From: Candidatus Bathyarchaeota archaeon
GTDB taxonomy: Archaea > Thermoproteota > Bathyarchaeia > Bathyarchaeales > Bathycorpusculaceae
Direction of reading: 5' to 3'
Length of the DNA: 64,000 nt
Assembly: GCA_963777155.1 (NCBI GenBank)
Contig: CAVZPM010000039.1
Location: forward strand, 116,868 to 180,867
The position numbers were made by a program, and so were the translations under genes. This document shows, in pieces, positions 51,565-64,000 of the stretch; position 1 is the first letter of the stretch; every line of letters begins with the position of its first letter. A model generated the notes under the pieces. The model was not told the DNA's origin, did no database searches, and saw only the letters and a list, made by a program, of their open reading frames with translations.

Positions 51565-52539
51565 ATGAAAACTTTGGACTCTCCGACGCCAACAGTATCT
51601 GTAATTATCCCAACAAGGAATGAGGAACAAGGTATTGCTGAGTGTTTAACTGCTGTTTTTAATCAATCATTTAAACTCTTTGAAGTTATTATTGTTGATG
51701 GACGATCAACCGATAATACCATAAAAGTGGCTAGCAAATTTCCAGTAAAAGTATTTACTGAGTCTGAACCATCTTCTCTGCCAAATGCAAGAAACATTGG
51801 CGCTGAGAACGCTCAAGGCGACATATTGTTCATTATGGATGCTGATGTCATAATAGACAAAGATTGTATAATGAACGCTGTAAAATATTTTGAAGACTCA
51901 CAAATAATAGGTGTAATCCCTATGGAAAACAATATAGCTCATTCCAGACTAGAAAAAATCCAGATTGACTGGTATCGAGGTAGCGCAAATCCAATTAGAA
52001 GTGGTATTGGTATTTCAGTTTTTGCTGAATTTTTGCGAAAATCCATATTTGAAAAAATAAAGTTTGATCCTTGCCTCGGTTACGGGGAGGATGGCGATTT
52101 TCAACGAAGAATGCTTAGTTCTTATGGCAACTCTGGCAAAATAGTGCGTTCTTCTGATAGTAAAATATCAGCCCATTATTGTCACACGTTAAAGGATTTG
52201 TATTCGCAATACTGTTGGTATGGCAGGACTTTTATAGGATACTTACGGAAGAATTTTCAGCTAAAACCAATCCTGAACCTTGGAAGTTTACTTGCTCCTG
52301 CATTATTAATAATCTTAGGATTGATCACTATTGTTTTTCCTATATTGCTCCCCCTATTCATAGTACTTGCTGTTCTTATATCTGCAAGAAACCTCATGGT
52401 ATGCATTCGCTCCCGAAGTTCGACCTTTTTTGAGTTTCTAGGATTCGAATTCTTGAGATCTTTATTCTTCTTAAGAGGTCTTCTCCAAGGCTTCATTTTC
52501 CAAGAAAAGAGGCAGATAATGGACAGATGGTCCATTTAA
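51565..52539 (+). CDS. GT2 glycosyltransferase
   Basis: VSVIIPTRNEE, VDGRSTD, ARNIG, MDAD and GED; C-terminal TM. Confidence 0.9.
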   Translation: MKTLDSPTPTVSVIIPTRNEEQGIAECLTAVFNQSFKLFEVIIVDGRSTDNTIKVASKFPVKVFTESEPSSLPNARNIGAENAQGDILFIMDADVIIDKDCIMNAVKYFEDSQIIGVIPMENNIAHSRLEKIQIDWYRGSANPIRSGIGISVFAEFLRKSIFEKIKFDPCLGYGEDGDFQRRMLSSYGNSGKIVRSSDSKISAHYCHTLKDLYSQYCWYGRTFIGYLRKNFQLKPILNLGSLLAPALLIILGLITIVFPILLPLFIVLAVLISARNLMVCIRSRSSTFFEFLGFEFLRSLFFLRGLLQGFIFQEKRQIMDRWSI

Positions 52540-52552
52540 CGAGAGTGCAACA

Positions 52553-54219
52553 ATGAAGGGAAGAACTACTCTTTGGATAGTAGGGATTGCAAGCGTTTTA
52601 CTACTTTCCTTTCAAGTATTACTTTCAACAAAAATAACTAGTTATAGTTCAACCGATTGGGGGCTAATATTACGATTACCACCGACTTTTTGGATAGGCT
52701 TATCTCTTCTTGGGGTGCTTCTCTACACCGGCAGAAAGTCTGAACGTGAAACAGTCATCGCCACAATACTGATCTTTTTCTTTTTATTCGTCATACCTAT
52801 ACTAGTATTAGAGAATAGAGCAGCATGGCTTTCAATATCCTACTATCGCGCTGGTCAAACGGATTATATTCTATCATCTGGTCACCTTCAATTCAATGAC
52901 ATCAATCCTTGGGAGCTACTTAACTGGCCCGGATTCTTTTTTATTTCAGCTTTTGTGACAGCAACAACCGGTTTGCCAACAACATTGATGGCAGAAGGGT
53001 TTCCCCTTTAATCTCTAGCTTTAATAGGGATTGTAACTTATGCCATTCTAAAACTAAGATTCAACAATATTTACTCCTGCCTCGGCGCTTTATGGGTTAT
53101 TGCCAGTTTTTATACTGGTCAACAATATTTTTCTCCACAAGCAACCGCTTATGTATTTTACCTCGCAATTCTATTGCTTGTCGGCAGACTTTTCTTAACA
53201 AAGTCTTGGAGCACTGCCTTAACAGCAAGCATTTTGATACTTTTCGTCGCTTCTGTAACCACACACCTGCTTACATCTTTCTTAATTATGGGTGGCGTTG
53301 TTGCAGTTTATCTTCAAGAAAAATATTCCTTAGAAAAGTCAACTTATCCCCTTTCTTCTCCATAACTATTTGTCTCTTGCTCATGTCAATATTCTTTGTC
53401 TATCAAACAATGATTATAAAGGGTAGTTTTATTGAACTCACAAGTTCTCTTTACGGGCAGATTATGGGTCAAGATACTCATATAACCCAAGTAGCTGGGA
53501 TATCGCAGAATCGAGTGATTGGCTCAACTGCTTATACCTTGGAGATATTTGGAACTTACAGCATAACTATACTTTCTGTAATTATAGCAGTTGCTTCAAC
53601 TCTAATCGTGTTATACGGTCTATTAAAGCATAAGACAGGGGCCAAATCAGATGTTTTCTGGATAGGCTGGATCATCATCGCTGCCATGCTTGGCCTTTCT
53701 ATAAGTTACGGAGGCGAGGGGATAGCTCGTGCTTTCATGTTCATTCTAATACCAACCTGCTATTTTGCCATAAAATACTTAAGGAAAAAACCCCGAATAC
53801 TAATAGTTATTATTATTCTACTAATATTCATTCATTTTCCTGCTTCATACGCACGCGAAAACTATATTTACGTTCCAACAACTGAAATCAAAGGAGCAAC
53901 CGCATTATCGCAATATACACCTCCAACTGCACTAATATTCTATGAGTTTCTTGCGCCAATGCCTTTTTCAATAAACGAAACCCGTCATTTTGTTAACATT
54001 CAGGTGCTTGTAGGTTTTTACTCGCTGCCCAGTTCCGAGATAATCAACGCTGCTTTAGGTGAAGCACAATTCGTTGTTTCCTCAAGTCTACAAAACAATG
54101 TATATCAATACTTTTTCGGAACAAACATCCTCGCAAAATACGACCTTAATCAAAATCAAAGTCGTCTCTATGATAACGGGGAATTCACAATATTCAGCAA
54201 AACTATACCAACCCCATAG
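52553..54219 (+). CDS. polytopic membrane protein of the glycan cluster (GT-C/polymerase-like), frameshifted
   Basis: More than 10 hydrophobic segments over three frames; NWPGFF, QYFSPQ, TTHLLTS and RLYDNG motifs. Confidence 0.6.
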
Positions 54220-54251
54220 CATTAAACTAATAAAAAATATTTAGAAAAAAG

Positions 54252-55016
54252 ATGTTAATAATGAATAAACTCGCCGCATACTTTAGTTGTTCGAAAAATA
54301 TTAGTTCTAATGAGCCTCAGGGACTATTCCTCTCAAACCGGCTTAGTGGCTCAAGCGTAGTGCTAAAAGGCAAGCTACTGGCCGAGTATTGGACGTTTCG
54401 GATGAAAATATTTGCTCGTTATCACAAATCTAAGCTTAAAAACAAGGAATTCTCAATCATATGCAACAATTGTGTCGCAGGCTTATTATATCAAAAATTT
54501 GGTCTCCCTTACTTAACACCCACTGTAGGCCTTTTCTTCTATTCTGAGGATTACATAAAATTCCTGCAAAACTTTGAATACAACATACGGCAACCTCTAA
54601 AGTTCGTGACAGCTTCTAAACATCCTGAATCGAATACTTTATTGAAAAAGAAACCCTATCCAGTGGGGCTCTTGGGCACCGATGTTGAAATTCATTTTAT
54701 CCATTACAAGACTTCAGAAGAAGCTCTTGAAAAATGGAACAGGCGAAAAGAGCGCATAGATTTCAAGAATCTCTTCTTCATCTACTCAGACAGAGATAAC
54801 TTCCATGAAGAATTCTTGCAGACATACAAAAAATTGCCATTTAAGCATAAGATATTTTTGTCATCAAAACCCCGAGGAAATAGCGACTTGGTAGTTTTCG
54901 TCAAAGATTATGAGAAAGAATCTCAAGTTGGCGAGTCTGAACATAATGGCAAATATCTTAAATATATTGACATAGTGAAATGGCTTAACGGAGAACCAGA
55001 TTATATCATAAACTAA
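54252..55016 (+). CDS. DUF1919 exopolysaccharide biosynthesis protein
   Basis: FSIICNNCVAG..YQKFGLPY.TPTVGLF, YPVG and IHFIHY...EKWNRRKERI. Confidence 0.85.
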   Translation: MLIMNKLAAYFSCSKNISSNEPQGLFLSNRLSGSSVVLKGKLLAEYWTFRMKIFARYHKSKLKNKEFSIICNNCVAGLLYQKFGLPYLTPTVGLFFYSEDYIKFLQNFEYNIRQPLKFVTASKHPESNTLLKKKPYPVGLLGTDVEIHFIHYKTSEEALEKWNRRKERIDFKNLFFIYSDRDNFHEEFLQTYKKLPFKHKIFLSSKPRGNSDLVVFVKDYEKESQVGESEHNGKYLKYIDIVKWLNGEPDYIIN

Positions 55017-55100
55017 AGTTCTGATTAGGCTTTAGCAACTCAGTGGTCAAAAATATTAGATCTGTAATGGAACTATTTAACGGGGGCTCTTAAGAAGAGT

Positions 55101-56020
55101 ATGAAAGAATGTAGAGTTACAGTTGATGTCAGCATTGGCATTTGCGTTAAAGATAGTGAAAGAACTATCAGAGAAGCTTTAGTAAGTATATTAAACCAAT
55201 CTTTTGACAAAAAACGAATGGAAATCGTAGTTATAGACGACGGCTGCAAGGACCAAACAATACCTATTATTACTAATGTTCTCTCGAAAACTAATTTATC
55301 ACTTCGCATGTTTTCAACGAATGGAGGAGGATTAACCAAAGCTAGACAAATGGTTATAGATAATTCATGTGCTTATCTCGTCATTTTTATGGACGGTGAT
55401 ATGGTTTTCCCGCAGGATTTCGTCAAAAAACAAGTTGAGCTAATGGAGAAAAACCCCTCGATAGGTGTGGCTCAAGGCGCCATGATTGGCCAAAAAGCAG
55501 AAGTCCAGTTGTAGAACTCGAAGATTTATCTTTTTCCAGTTCTTTTGAGATTGGTATTCACAGAACCTGGAGACGTAATCCTCAAGCTTTAGGAACCGGT
55601 GGAAGCATATTTCGCGTCGCAGCGGTTAAGGCAGTTGGAGGTTTTGATAAACAAATAAAAGGTGCTGCGGAGGATGCCGATCTCACAACAAAAATTAAGA
55701 ATAAGGGGTACTCGCTTGCTATAAGCGACGCTGTATTTGAGCATGAATTTAAAAAAGACTTGAAGGCTTTATGGAAGCAATATACTTGGTATGGTTTTGG
55801 GATGCATTATTTTTATCATAAGCATGGAAACATTAGAGAAATGATGCTGGTTTATTTTTGGCCCGTTAGCTATGCTTGGGGTCTTGTTCGTGCAGTATTG
55901 GTTTTCAGAGCAACTAAGAAAAAAATAGCTTTTTTTCTTCCTTCGTATAACTTCTTTAGGGCCACCGCGTGGTGGTTTGGTTTTTTGGATGCTCACCTCA
56001 AAGGTTACGGGCATGAATAG
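55101..56020 (+). CDS. GT2 glycosyltransferase (frameshifted)
   Basis: SIGICVKD, IDDGCKD, GLTKARQ, MDGD and GGFD...AAEDAD. Confidence 0.85.
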
Positions 56021-56047
56021 CTGGTTGCATAGAAACAAAACGTTTAA

Positions 56048-56823
56048 TTGCCCAAAAATGACTTAATGAGAATAATCAAGTCGAACATTCAAACGGGCAC
56101 AACTATGCTTAAAGAATATGTGAAAAAACATAAGCGGCTGTGTACCCTTGTGCTTATAAATCGCAGAGTTTTCTTTCGGTTTTTCTTTTCAATTCGCCAT
56201 AAGCTAATAACCAGAAAATATTTTGAGAATAATGAACTTCTGAAATTAAATCTTGCATGCGGACGAAATCCTTTACCTGGCTGGCTAAATACTGACATCG
56301 ATACAGCTCTTACTAAAGAAACAGTGTTCTTGGATGTTAGAAAGAGATTTCCTTTCAGCAATTCCATTTTTAGCTACGTTTATTGTGAGCATCTTATTGA
56401 ACATTTAGAATATGAACAGGGAGTAAAAATGGTTAACGAGGTATTTCGAGTTGTTAAACCAGGCGGAAAAATTCGGGTTTCAACTCCAGACTTGAATTTC
56501 CTCGTTGAACTTCACGCAGAAAATAAGCTAGACTACAGGAAGACTACATCGATTGGGCATCAACTAACTTCTCCGATACTGCCTTGAATAATGATACTGC
56601 TGTCATCAATACTTTCTTTAGATCATGGGGTCATAAGTTCATCTACGATTTAAAAACGTTGATACTGGTCTTAGAGAAATCGGGCTTTATTAATATCATC
56701 ACAACTAAGATAGGAGTAAGCGATGATAAGAGTCTTCAGAATCTTGAAGCACACAATAAAGAAATTGGGGACGAATTCAATAGATTAGAATCATTAGTGG
56801 TTGAAGCAACAAAACCTCTTTAG
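56048..56823 (+). CDS. class I SAM-dependent methyltransferase (frameshifted)
   Basis: KLNLACG...GWLNTDI, EHLIEHL, RVVKPGG.IRVSTPD and WGHKFIYD. Confidence 0.85.
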
Positions 56824-56983
56824 TTATAATTAGTCACTTAAGATTGTATAAAAAAATTGATTGCTAGTGAGAGCGTCTTATTAGGAACAATCACAATTCA
56901 CAGAAGAGGAAGTAGACGGCATAAGGGGCTCTTCATAGTTCACCAAAAATTGGCGCCAGCAAAAAATGTGCAGAGGTCTTAAT

Positions 56984-57987
56984 ATGAATAGGGTAGTTGA
57001 AGGAAATGTTCCCTTTGTAAGCATTGGGTTACCAGTATATAACGGCGAAGAGTTTCTTAGAAGAAGCAGTAGATTCCATTCTTGCTCAAACATTCACGGA
57101 TTTTGAGCTTGTGATATGTGATAATGCCTCAACAGATAATACAGAACCAATTTGTCGCTATTATGCAAAGAAAGACACCCGTGTACGTTATTATCGTAAC
57201 CCCCGCAATTTTGGTGCTCCTGCGAATTACAATCGAACAGTCAAGCTATCAAGAGGCAAATATTTCAAATGGGCAGCCGCTGACGACGTCCATGCACCAG
57301 ATTACCTTAAAAAATGTGTCGAGGTTCTTGAAAATGATCTCATCGATTGTCTTATGCCACTCTAAAATGTACCGTATTAATGAATACGGAGTTATTGATG
57401 GTAAATATGAACATACCATGAGAATGGATTCTCCAAAAATTCAAGAACGTTTCGGTGATTTGATAAGCCTCATGACTAACATCTGCTTCCCTATGTTTGG
57501 ATTGATGCGAAAAGATATTCTTGAAAAGACACGGCTTCATGGAGATTATCGAGGTGCAGATGCAAATTTCCTTGCGGAATTGAGTCTCTATGGCCGATTA
57601 TATGAGGTTCCTGAATACTTATTTTTAAGACGAGAGCACTCACACGCTTATACTCAACAGTTCTGCTCCAGCAAGAAACTGAAAGTCAATAAAAGTTTGG
57701 AACAGCAAAAAGCTTGGTGGTCAAGCAATAGCTGGATTAACTATACCAACTGGAAGAATTGTTATGAATTTTTCAATTCTGTCAACCGCGCGCCGTTAAA
57801 GTCGTGGGAGAGGTTGCTTTGTTATCGAGAGATATTCAGATGGTTCTTTAAAGAAGGGTGGAAACTGTTCGGTAATGATGTCGAACAATACTTTTTAAGT
57901 CGATACAGCATAGGGCGAACATCAATCAAAGTGGTTAAGAATTTAATGAGCCATATCGGAATTAATATTGTTGACAGGGAAAATTAA
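56984..57987 (+). CDS. GT2 glycosyltransferase (frameshifted)
   Basis: VSIGLPVYNGE, CDNASTD, YFKWAAADD and VPEYLFLRREH. Confidence 0.87.
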
Positions 57988-58244
57988 AATTGGTGCCATC
58001 GACTGGACACACCTGCTGTAGGTTTATTTAAAACTTTTCAGAAGCGACTGGCTTCTTTGCAGAGAGTGTAACTCGATATCAGTAGTTTCATATAAACATG
58101 TGATTACTGTCAATCTGATCTAAACATTGACTATCAGCGGAGTTAAGGATTTGATATATTGATTTGGGCTGCATTAGGTTTTATAACACCAGTTGCAGCT
58201 GACTTAAGTTAACCATATTTACGGTAAATGATGGAGTTAGAGAT

Positions 58245-59434
58245 ATGTCATTGTCAATCAAAAATATTTGTCCAAGCTGTAAAACACCTGGAATGAAAGT
58301 TTTTTATGAAGCTAAAAGTGTACCGATCAATAGTTGTTTGATGTTCTCAACTCAGCAAGAAGCCGTTAGTTTTCCTCGAGGCGATGTGATTCTTGGTTTT
58401 TGTAAGACTTGTGGTTTCATTTCTAACATGGCTTTTGATCCTTCAAAAGTCGATTATGCCTCGCTTGCTCCTGAAGAACAAGGTTTTTCAGCAACATTTA
58501 ATACCTATGCACAAAAATTGGTTAATCATCTAATCGATACTTATGATCTTCATGGTAAACATGTTTCAGAGATTGGTTGTGGAAGAGGCGATTTCTTGGC
58601 ACTGCTTTGTGAATTAGGCAACAATTATGGTGTTGGAATCGATCCTTCTACTGTAAGTGGCGGCGTTCAAAGCAAAGCTTTAGATCGTATGATGTTCATC
58701 AGAGATTATTACTCTGAACGTTATGCTCAACACCTCGGCGATTTTGTTTGTTGTCGTCACACACTCGAACATATTCCCAATACAGCTGAATTCATAAATA
58801 GCGTTCGAACATCCATCGGTACTAACAATACCCCAGTATTCTTTGAAGTGCCCGATATCTGTCGTATTCTTCAATGAAGTTGCTTTTTGGGATATTTACT
58901 ATGAACATTGTTCTTATTTCAATCTCAGATCATTAGGCACAACTATTTCGTTACTGCAATTTTGAAGTGACAAATCTAGTTAAAGACTATTTTGACCAAT
59001 ATCTTCTCATCGAAGCAAAACCTGTTAATCAACAATCAATAAAGTATTTGACAAAGAAGAAAGCGTAGAAGAGACAGCTAAGATGGTTAATCTTTTCTCA
59101 GCGAGATGTCACAGAAAAGTTAAGGACTTGGAAAAAAGAGTTAAAGCGCATTAAGGACGAGAAAAAAAGGGCAATTGTTTGGGGATCAGGATCAAAATGT
59201 GTTGCTTTTATGACAACGCTGGAAATTAAAGATGAAATTCAATACATTGTTGACATTAATCCCCACAGGCATGGAAAATTTATTCCAGGAGTTGGTAAAC
59301 AAATAGTTTCGCCAGAATTTCTAAGGGAGTACAAACCTGAGACAATAATTGTAATGAATCCAATGTATTGTAATGAAATTAGGAAAATGGTGGAAGCTAT
59401 GGGTATTCAGGCTGAATATCTTCCATGCACCTGA
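58245..59434 (+). CDS. NDP-sugar C-methyltransferase-like protein (frameshifted)
   Basis: CPSC..CKTC zinc motif; EIGCGRG, RHTLEHI, YYEHCSYF, WGSGSK and VDINPHRHGKFIPG. Confidence 0.83.
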
Positions 59435-59602
59435 GACATCATGAGTTCGCATGTCCAATCACAAACTCGGGTGTTTTTTCTTTCCTTTTTTTCCTAACTA
59501 TGAATTAACAGGATTCGTAAGTTACATATCTAAAATTAATACTACCATGGAATATACTTAATATATTAAGACTTCTCAACTGAGAAAGAGAGGCATTGAG
59601 AA

Positions 59603-60648
59603 TTGAAGGTATTGGTAACAGGAAACAATGGGTATATCGGAACTGTAATGGTGCCGATGCTACAAGCAGAAGGTTTTGAAGTAACAGGCTTAGATAGTGA
59701 TCTTTTTAAGATCTTGTGTATTTGGTAATCCATCTGTAACTGGAGCCATTTCAAAAATTCCTTACTTAAGAAAGGATATTCGCGACATAGAACGTTCAGA
59801 TTTAGTGGGTTTTGATGCTAGTCGTGCATCTTTGCGCATTATCTAACGATCCTCTTGGAAATCTTAACCCAAGAATGACTTATGAAATTAACCATGAAGC
59901 CTCAGTTAGATTAGCAGAGCTTGCAAAGAGTGCAGGTGTTGAACGATATGTTCTTTCTTCTTCATGCAGTGTGTATGGTGCTTCAACAAAACCAATAGTA
60001 AATGAAGAATCTGAACCAAAACCTGTTACTCCTTATGCAGAGTCAAAAGTATTCGCTGAAAGAGATATTTCAAAATTAGCAGACTCTGACTTCACCCCAA
60101 CCTTTCTGCGATCATCAACAGCATACGGGCTTTCTCCCATGCTTCGATTCGATCTTGTTGTCAACAACTTCATCGCTTGGTCATTTACTAAAGGAATAGT
60201 TCTGCTAAAAAGTGATGGAAGCGCTTGGAGACCATTTGTTCACATTCAAGATATTTCACGTGCTTTCATTGCCGTTCTACATGCACCTAAAGATGTAGTT
60301 CACAACCAAATTTTCAATGTCGGAAAAAATGACCAGAACTTCAGAATACGAGAAGTAGCAGAAATTGCAAAACAAACCGTTCCCAACTCTGAAATAAAAT
60401 ATGTGGAAGGCGCTGAACCAGATGAACGCTCTTATAGAGTTGAATTCGACAAAATAGCCGCTGCTTTGCCCGAGTTTAAACCACAATGGACTGTTCCTAT
60501 GGGCGCAAAACAGCTTTATGAGGCATACAAGAAAGTTGGTTTGCTAGTTGAAGAATTTGAAGGTCCCAGATACAGACGCATAACTCATCTGGAAAATAGC
60601 CTAAAATCTGGAGAAGTGGATGCGACCCTAAGAAGGGTAGCATATTAA
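59603..60648 (+). CDS. NAD-dependent epimerase/dehydratase (frameshifted)
   Basis: KVLVTGNNGYIG from TTG 59603; ALSNDPLG, SSCSVYG, YAESK and RFDLVVN. Confidence 0.88.
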
Positions 60649-60696
60649 TTCGCTCTATAGACTTGATTCACTAGGCTGGTAAACAATGGAAAGAAC

Positions 60697-61950
60697 TTGA
60701 ATTGCAGGTTCTGCGGTGAACCTCTTGAGTCTACATTTGCTGATCTTGGTGTACAACCATTATGCGAAAGCTATCTCTCTGCTGATCAACTAAATAAAAT
60801 GGAACCCTTCTATCCACTACACGTTTACTTCTGCAAGAAATGCTTCTTAGTCCAATTAGAAGAATCGATCACTCCCCAAGAGATTTATCAAAAGTATGCA
60901 TATTTTTCTTCCTCCTCAAAAGGTTGGTTGAAGCATTGCGAAAACTATGCAGATATGATTACAAAAAAACTAAAGTTAAATTCTAATAGTCAAGTTATTG
61001 AAGTCGGAAGCAACGATGGTTACCTTCTTCAATTTTTTGCTCAACGAAACATTCCAGTTCATAGGTATTGAACCAGCAAAAAATGTTGCGGAAGAAGCAC
61101 TAAAAAAGGGAATTCCAACAATTATCAAGTTCTTTGATAAGGAAACAGCAAATGACCTGGTTAAAGCAAAACAAGCAAGCCGACTTGTTGATTGGAAACA
61201 ACATAATTGCTCAAGTCCCTGATCGTTCATGGCTTTTTAGAAGGCTTGAAGACTTTGCTTAAGCCATCAGGAATAATTACAATGGAATTTCATTACCTAA
61301 AAAATCTAATCGATAAGAACCAGTTTGATACTATAAGTCACGAACGTTTCTCATACTTTTCCTTTTTTGTTATCGAGAAATTGCTTGCATCTCATGGCTT
61401 AACAATTTTCGATGTTGAAGAAATCCCAACTCATGGGGGTTCTTGAGAATTTATGCTTGTCACTGCTGAAAATCACCAAATATCCAAAACAAACCATCCT
61501 GACGAAATCAGAGCTGCTGAAATAGCAGGAGGGTTTTACTGAAGTAGAAAAATATCTTTCATATTGTGAGAAGGTAGAAGCAGACTAAGCGCAACCTCTT
61601 GAACACGCTTAATCAAAATTAAAAGTAGCGGAAAATCAGTAATTGGATATGGTGCACATGCAGAAGCTCATACTTTACTAAATTATTGTGGCATTCGAAC
61701 AGACTTTCTTGATTATTTAGCTGATCGTAATCCAAGTAAACAAGGAAAGTTTCTAGCAGGTGTACACTTGCCAATTTTCAGTCCTGACAAAATTCAAGAA
61801 ACCAAACCTGATTATATATTAATTTTGCCTTGGAGCATAAAGGCTGAGTTGATGAATCAAATGTCATTTATTGACAATTGGGGTGGTCGTTTCATAGTGC
61901 CAATCCCAAAATTAGAAGTCTATGATGCTAAAGCGAAACGAAATAACTAA
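60697..61950 (+). CDS. NDP-hexose C3-methyltransferase (frameshifted)
   Basis: CRFCG..DLG.QPL...CFLVQL, EVGSNDGYLL, FDTISHE, EIPTHGGS, LLNYCG and KPDYILILPW. Confidence 0.87.
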
Positions 61951-61974
61951 TTTGATACTTAAGGAAGAAGTTGT

Positions 61975-62784
61975 ATGAAGGTAGTTCTATTTTGCGGTGG
62001 CTTAGGCCTAAGACTTTATCCCTCAACTGAGAACACTCCAAAACCATTGGTTTCTATTGGCGGACAACCAATTATGTTGCAGCTCATGAAATACTATTCT
62101 TACTATGGACACAAAGAATTCATCCTATGTCTGGGCTACAAGGGTGAGAGCATAAAAGAGTTTTTCCTAAATTACGATGAATGCTTATCAGGCGATTTTG
62201 TCTTAAGTGGAAAGAAGAAACATAAACTCTTCAAAAGTGAGATCGAAGACTGGAAAATAATTTTTGCAGAGACTGGATTAAACTCAACCGCTGGAGAAAG
62301 ACTGTTAGCAGTTAAAAAATACGTTGGTGACGATGAAATGTTTTTGGCAAATTATTCAGACGGCATAACTGACTTGCCCCTTCCTGATTTAATCGACTTC
62401 TCCATTAAACGGGGAAAGATAGGAACTTTCATGACAGTCAAACCATCAGTTGCCTTCCATTATGTATCTTCAGATAAAGATAATTTTGTTGAGGACATTT
62501 GCCAACTAAACCAAACAACCCTTAGAATCAACGCGGGATTTTTTGTCTTCAAGAATCAAATATTCGATTACATAAATCCTGGAGAAGATCTAATCAACGA
62601 GCCCTTCCAGCGACTTATGAAGAAACGTGAACTACTTGCTTACCCGTATGATGGTTTCTGGGCTAGTTTGGATACTTACAAAGATAAACAACGGTTAGAC
62701 GAATTAGCTTCAAAGAATGCTTCAACATGGGAAATATGGAATCACCACAACCAGAAAACAAACGGAAATACAACACATGCATAA
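61975..62784 (+). CDS. rfbF: glucose-1-phosphate cytidylyltransferase
   Basis: VLFCGGLGLR, PKPLV, FILCLGYKG, NYSDG, INAGFF and GFWASLDT. Confidence 0.9.
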   Translation: MKVVLFCGGLGLRLYPSTENTPKPLVSIGGQPIMLQLMKYYSYYGHKEFILCLGYKGESIKEFFLNYDECLSGDFVLSGKKKHKLFKSEIEDWKIIFAETGLNSTAGERLLAVKKYVGDDEMFLANYSDGITDLPLPDLIDFSIKRGKIGTFMTVKPSVAFHYVSSDKDNFVEDICQLNQTTLRINAGFFVFKNQIFDYINPGEDLINEPFQRLMKKRELLAYPYDGFWASLDTYKDKQRLDELASKNASTWEIWNHHNQKTNGNTTHA

Positions 62785-63457
62785 AATCAATCTTTTTAGC
62801 TGATAATCAAAAACCAAAAATCCTCTGCTTAGGCGCCCATTCAGACGATATAGAAATAGGCTGCGGCGGCACAATTCTAAAACTTGCCCAAGAATATCCC
62901 AAAGCTCAGTTCTACTGGGTTGTTTTTTCTGCCGAAGGAAAACGAGCAAAAGAAGCTCATAAAAGCGCAGAAGCTTTTCTTAGCAACATAAATTCAAAAG
63001 TTATAGATGTTCAAGCTTTCAGAGATTCATATTTTCCTTTCATAGGTGCTGCAATAAAGGATCATTTTGTCAACTTTAAAAAAGGAATTTGATCCAGATA
63101 TTAATATTTACTCATTTTTCAAATGATGCCCATCAAGATCATCGATTAATCGCTGAACTTACATGGAATGCTTTTCGAGACCACTTAATTTTGGAATACG
63201 AGATCGCCAAATATGATGCAGATTTAGGGATTCCCAACTTCTACGTTCACTTAAACGAAGTCATTTGTCAAAGAAAAATTTCTAATATTATGCAAAGTGT
63301 TTCAGAGTCAAATTAAAGAGATTGGTTTGGAGAAGAAACTTTCCGATCCATAATGCGAATTCGAGGTATAGAGTCTAATTCACCCAGCAAGTATTCTGAA
63401 GCCTTCTACTGCCGCAAAATGGTATGTATGATACTTGTGAATGTTAGTGGTGTATAA
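62777..63457 (+). CDS. PIG-L/LmbE family deacetylase (frameshifted)
   Basis: GAHSDDIEIGCGG, DAHQDH, YEIAKYD and MRIRG.E...EAFYCRK. Confidence 0.85.
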
Positions 63458-63487
63458 CCTTTGAAACTAATGATGGTGACTGGAAAA

Positions 63488-64000
63488 ATGAGCAGAAAAT
63501 CAAAGGTTTTGACACAGGTCGGTATCAAAGGTTCCCGCTTGATTGCCGCAGAAACGTTAGACAGGATTTATACGCAAAGTCTCCTATGAGAACCCTTTGC
63601 TTAGGGCGTTATCCCACCCGAAAATTTCTGCCTTGTACCCTAGAGGTTAGTAGCAAATGCAATTTAAATTGCAAAATGTGCACTTATAAAAAGAGCATGT
63701 AGTCCACAGGTTTTATGTCTTGGTCCTTATTTACAAAATGTGTAGATGAAGCCTCAAAAATGGGTGTTAAAGAAGTGCTATTGCATTTTGGGGGCGAGAG
63801 TTTACTTCATCCTCAATTCAAAGAATACCTGAAATATGCTGTTGACCATCGCGATCACGGGGGGATCCAAAAGGTCTCATGGATAGACAATGGAATGTTA
63901 TTCAATGAGGATATAGCTAATTTGGTGGTCGACTAAAGGTTGACGCTATCGGATTCAGCATAGATGGTGTAGGGGCTTTAAATGATTCGATAAGGTTAGG
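63488..64000 (+). CDS. radical SAM protein (partial, frameshifted)
   Basis: CNLNCKMC (CxxxCxxC) at 63658-63681 and HFGGESLLHP; runs off the window end. Confidence 0.8.

Noticed and set aside
23838-64000. Numerous frameshifts as programmed recoding, phase variation or mass pseudogenisation
   Set aside because: They also hit core genes (porA, porB, porG), are single-base, lack a shared slippery motif and increase toward the window end. Low-coverage long-read indels are the simpler explanation; short-read polishing would decide.
39686-64000. Integrated element at tRNA-Asn
   Set aside because: The sequence becomes AT-richer downstream, but I saw no integrase and no duplicate of the tRNA 3' end in the window.

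Overview
Archaeal chromosomal window. Nop5/fibrillarin, TrmB, Lrp and por genes plus PQQ-propeller, Kelch and FxLYD surface proteins suggest Candidatus Bathyarchaeia; this is an inference from gene content. The left ~40 kb is mostly housekeeping and metabolism: nop5-flpA, aguB-aguA, pyrB, mdh, asnS, a Ca-type P-ATPase, satP-acs, grpE-dnaK-dnaJ, porGDAB and tRNA-Asn. The right ~20 kb is an AT-richer surface-glycan cluster with GT2s, a GH5, DUF1919, C-methyltransferases, rfbF, a PIG-L protein and a radical SAM protein. Many genes beyond ~24 kb are split by single-base indels that look like long-read errors. The standout is 8773..10989, an ArsR-type HTH fused to an ATP-cone and a full-length class III ribonucleotide reductase (NrdD) body. 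It appears to have lost both catalytic cysteines and the glycyl-radical Gly, making it a candidate pseudo-enzyme nucleotide-sensing transcription factor. Other leads are a membrane-anchored TIR protein, a membrane-tethered wHTH regulator with an 11-bp-phased direct-repeat operator, an RGG/GAR tail on Nop5 abutting fibrillarin, and possible ATA/CTG start codons.
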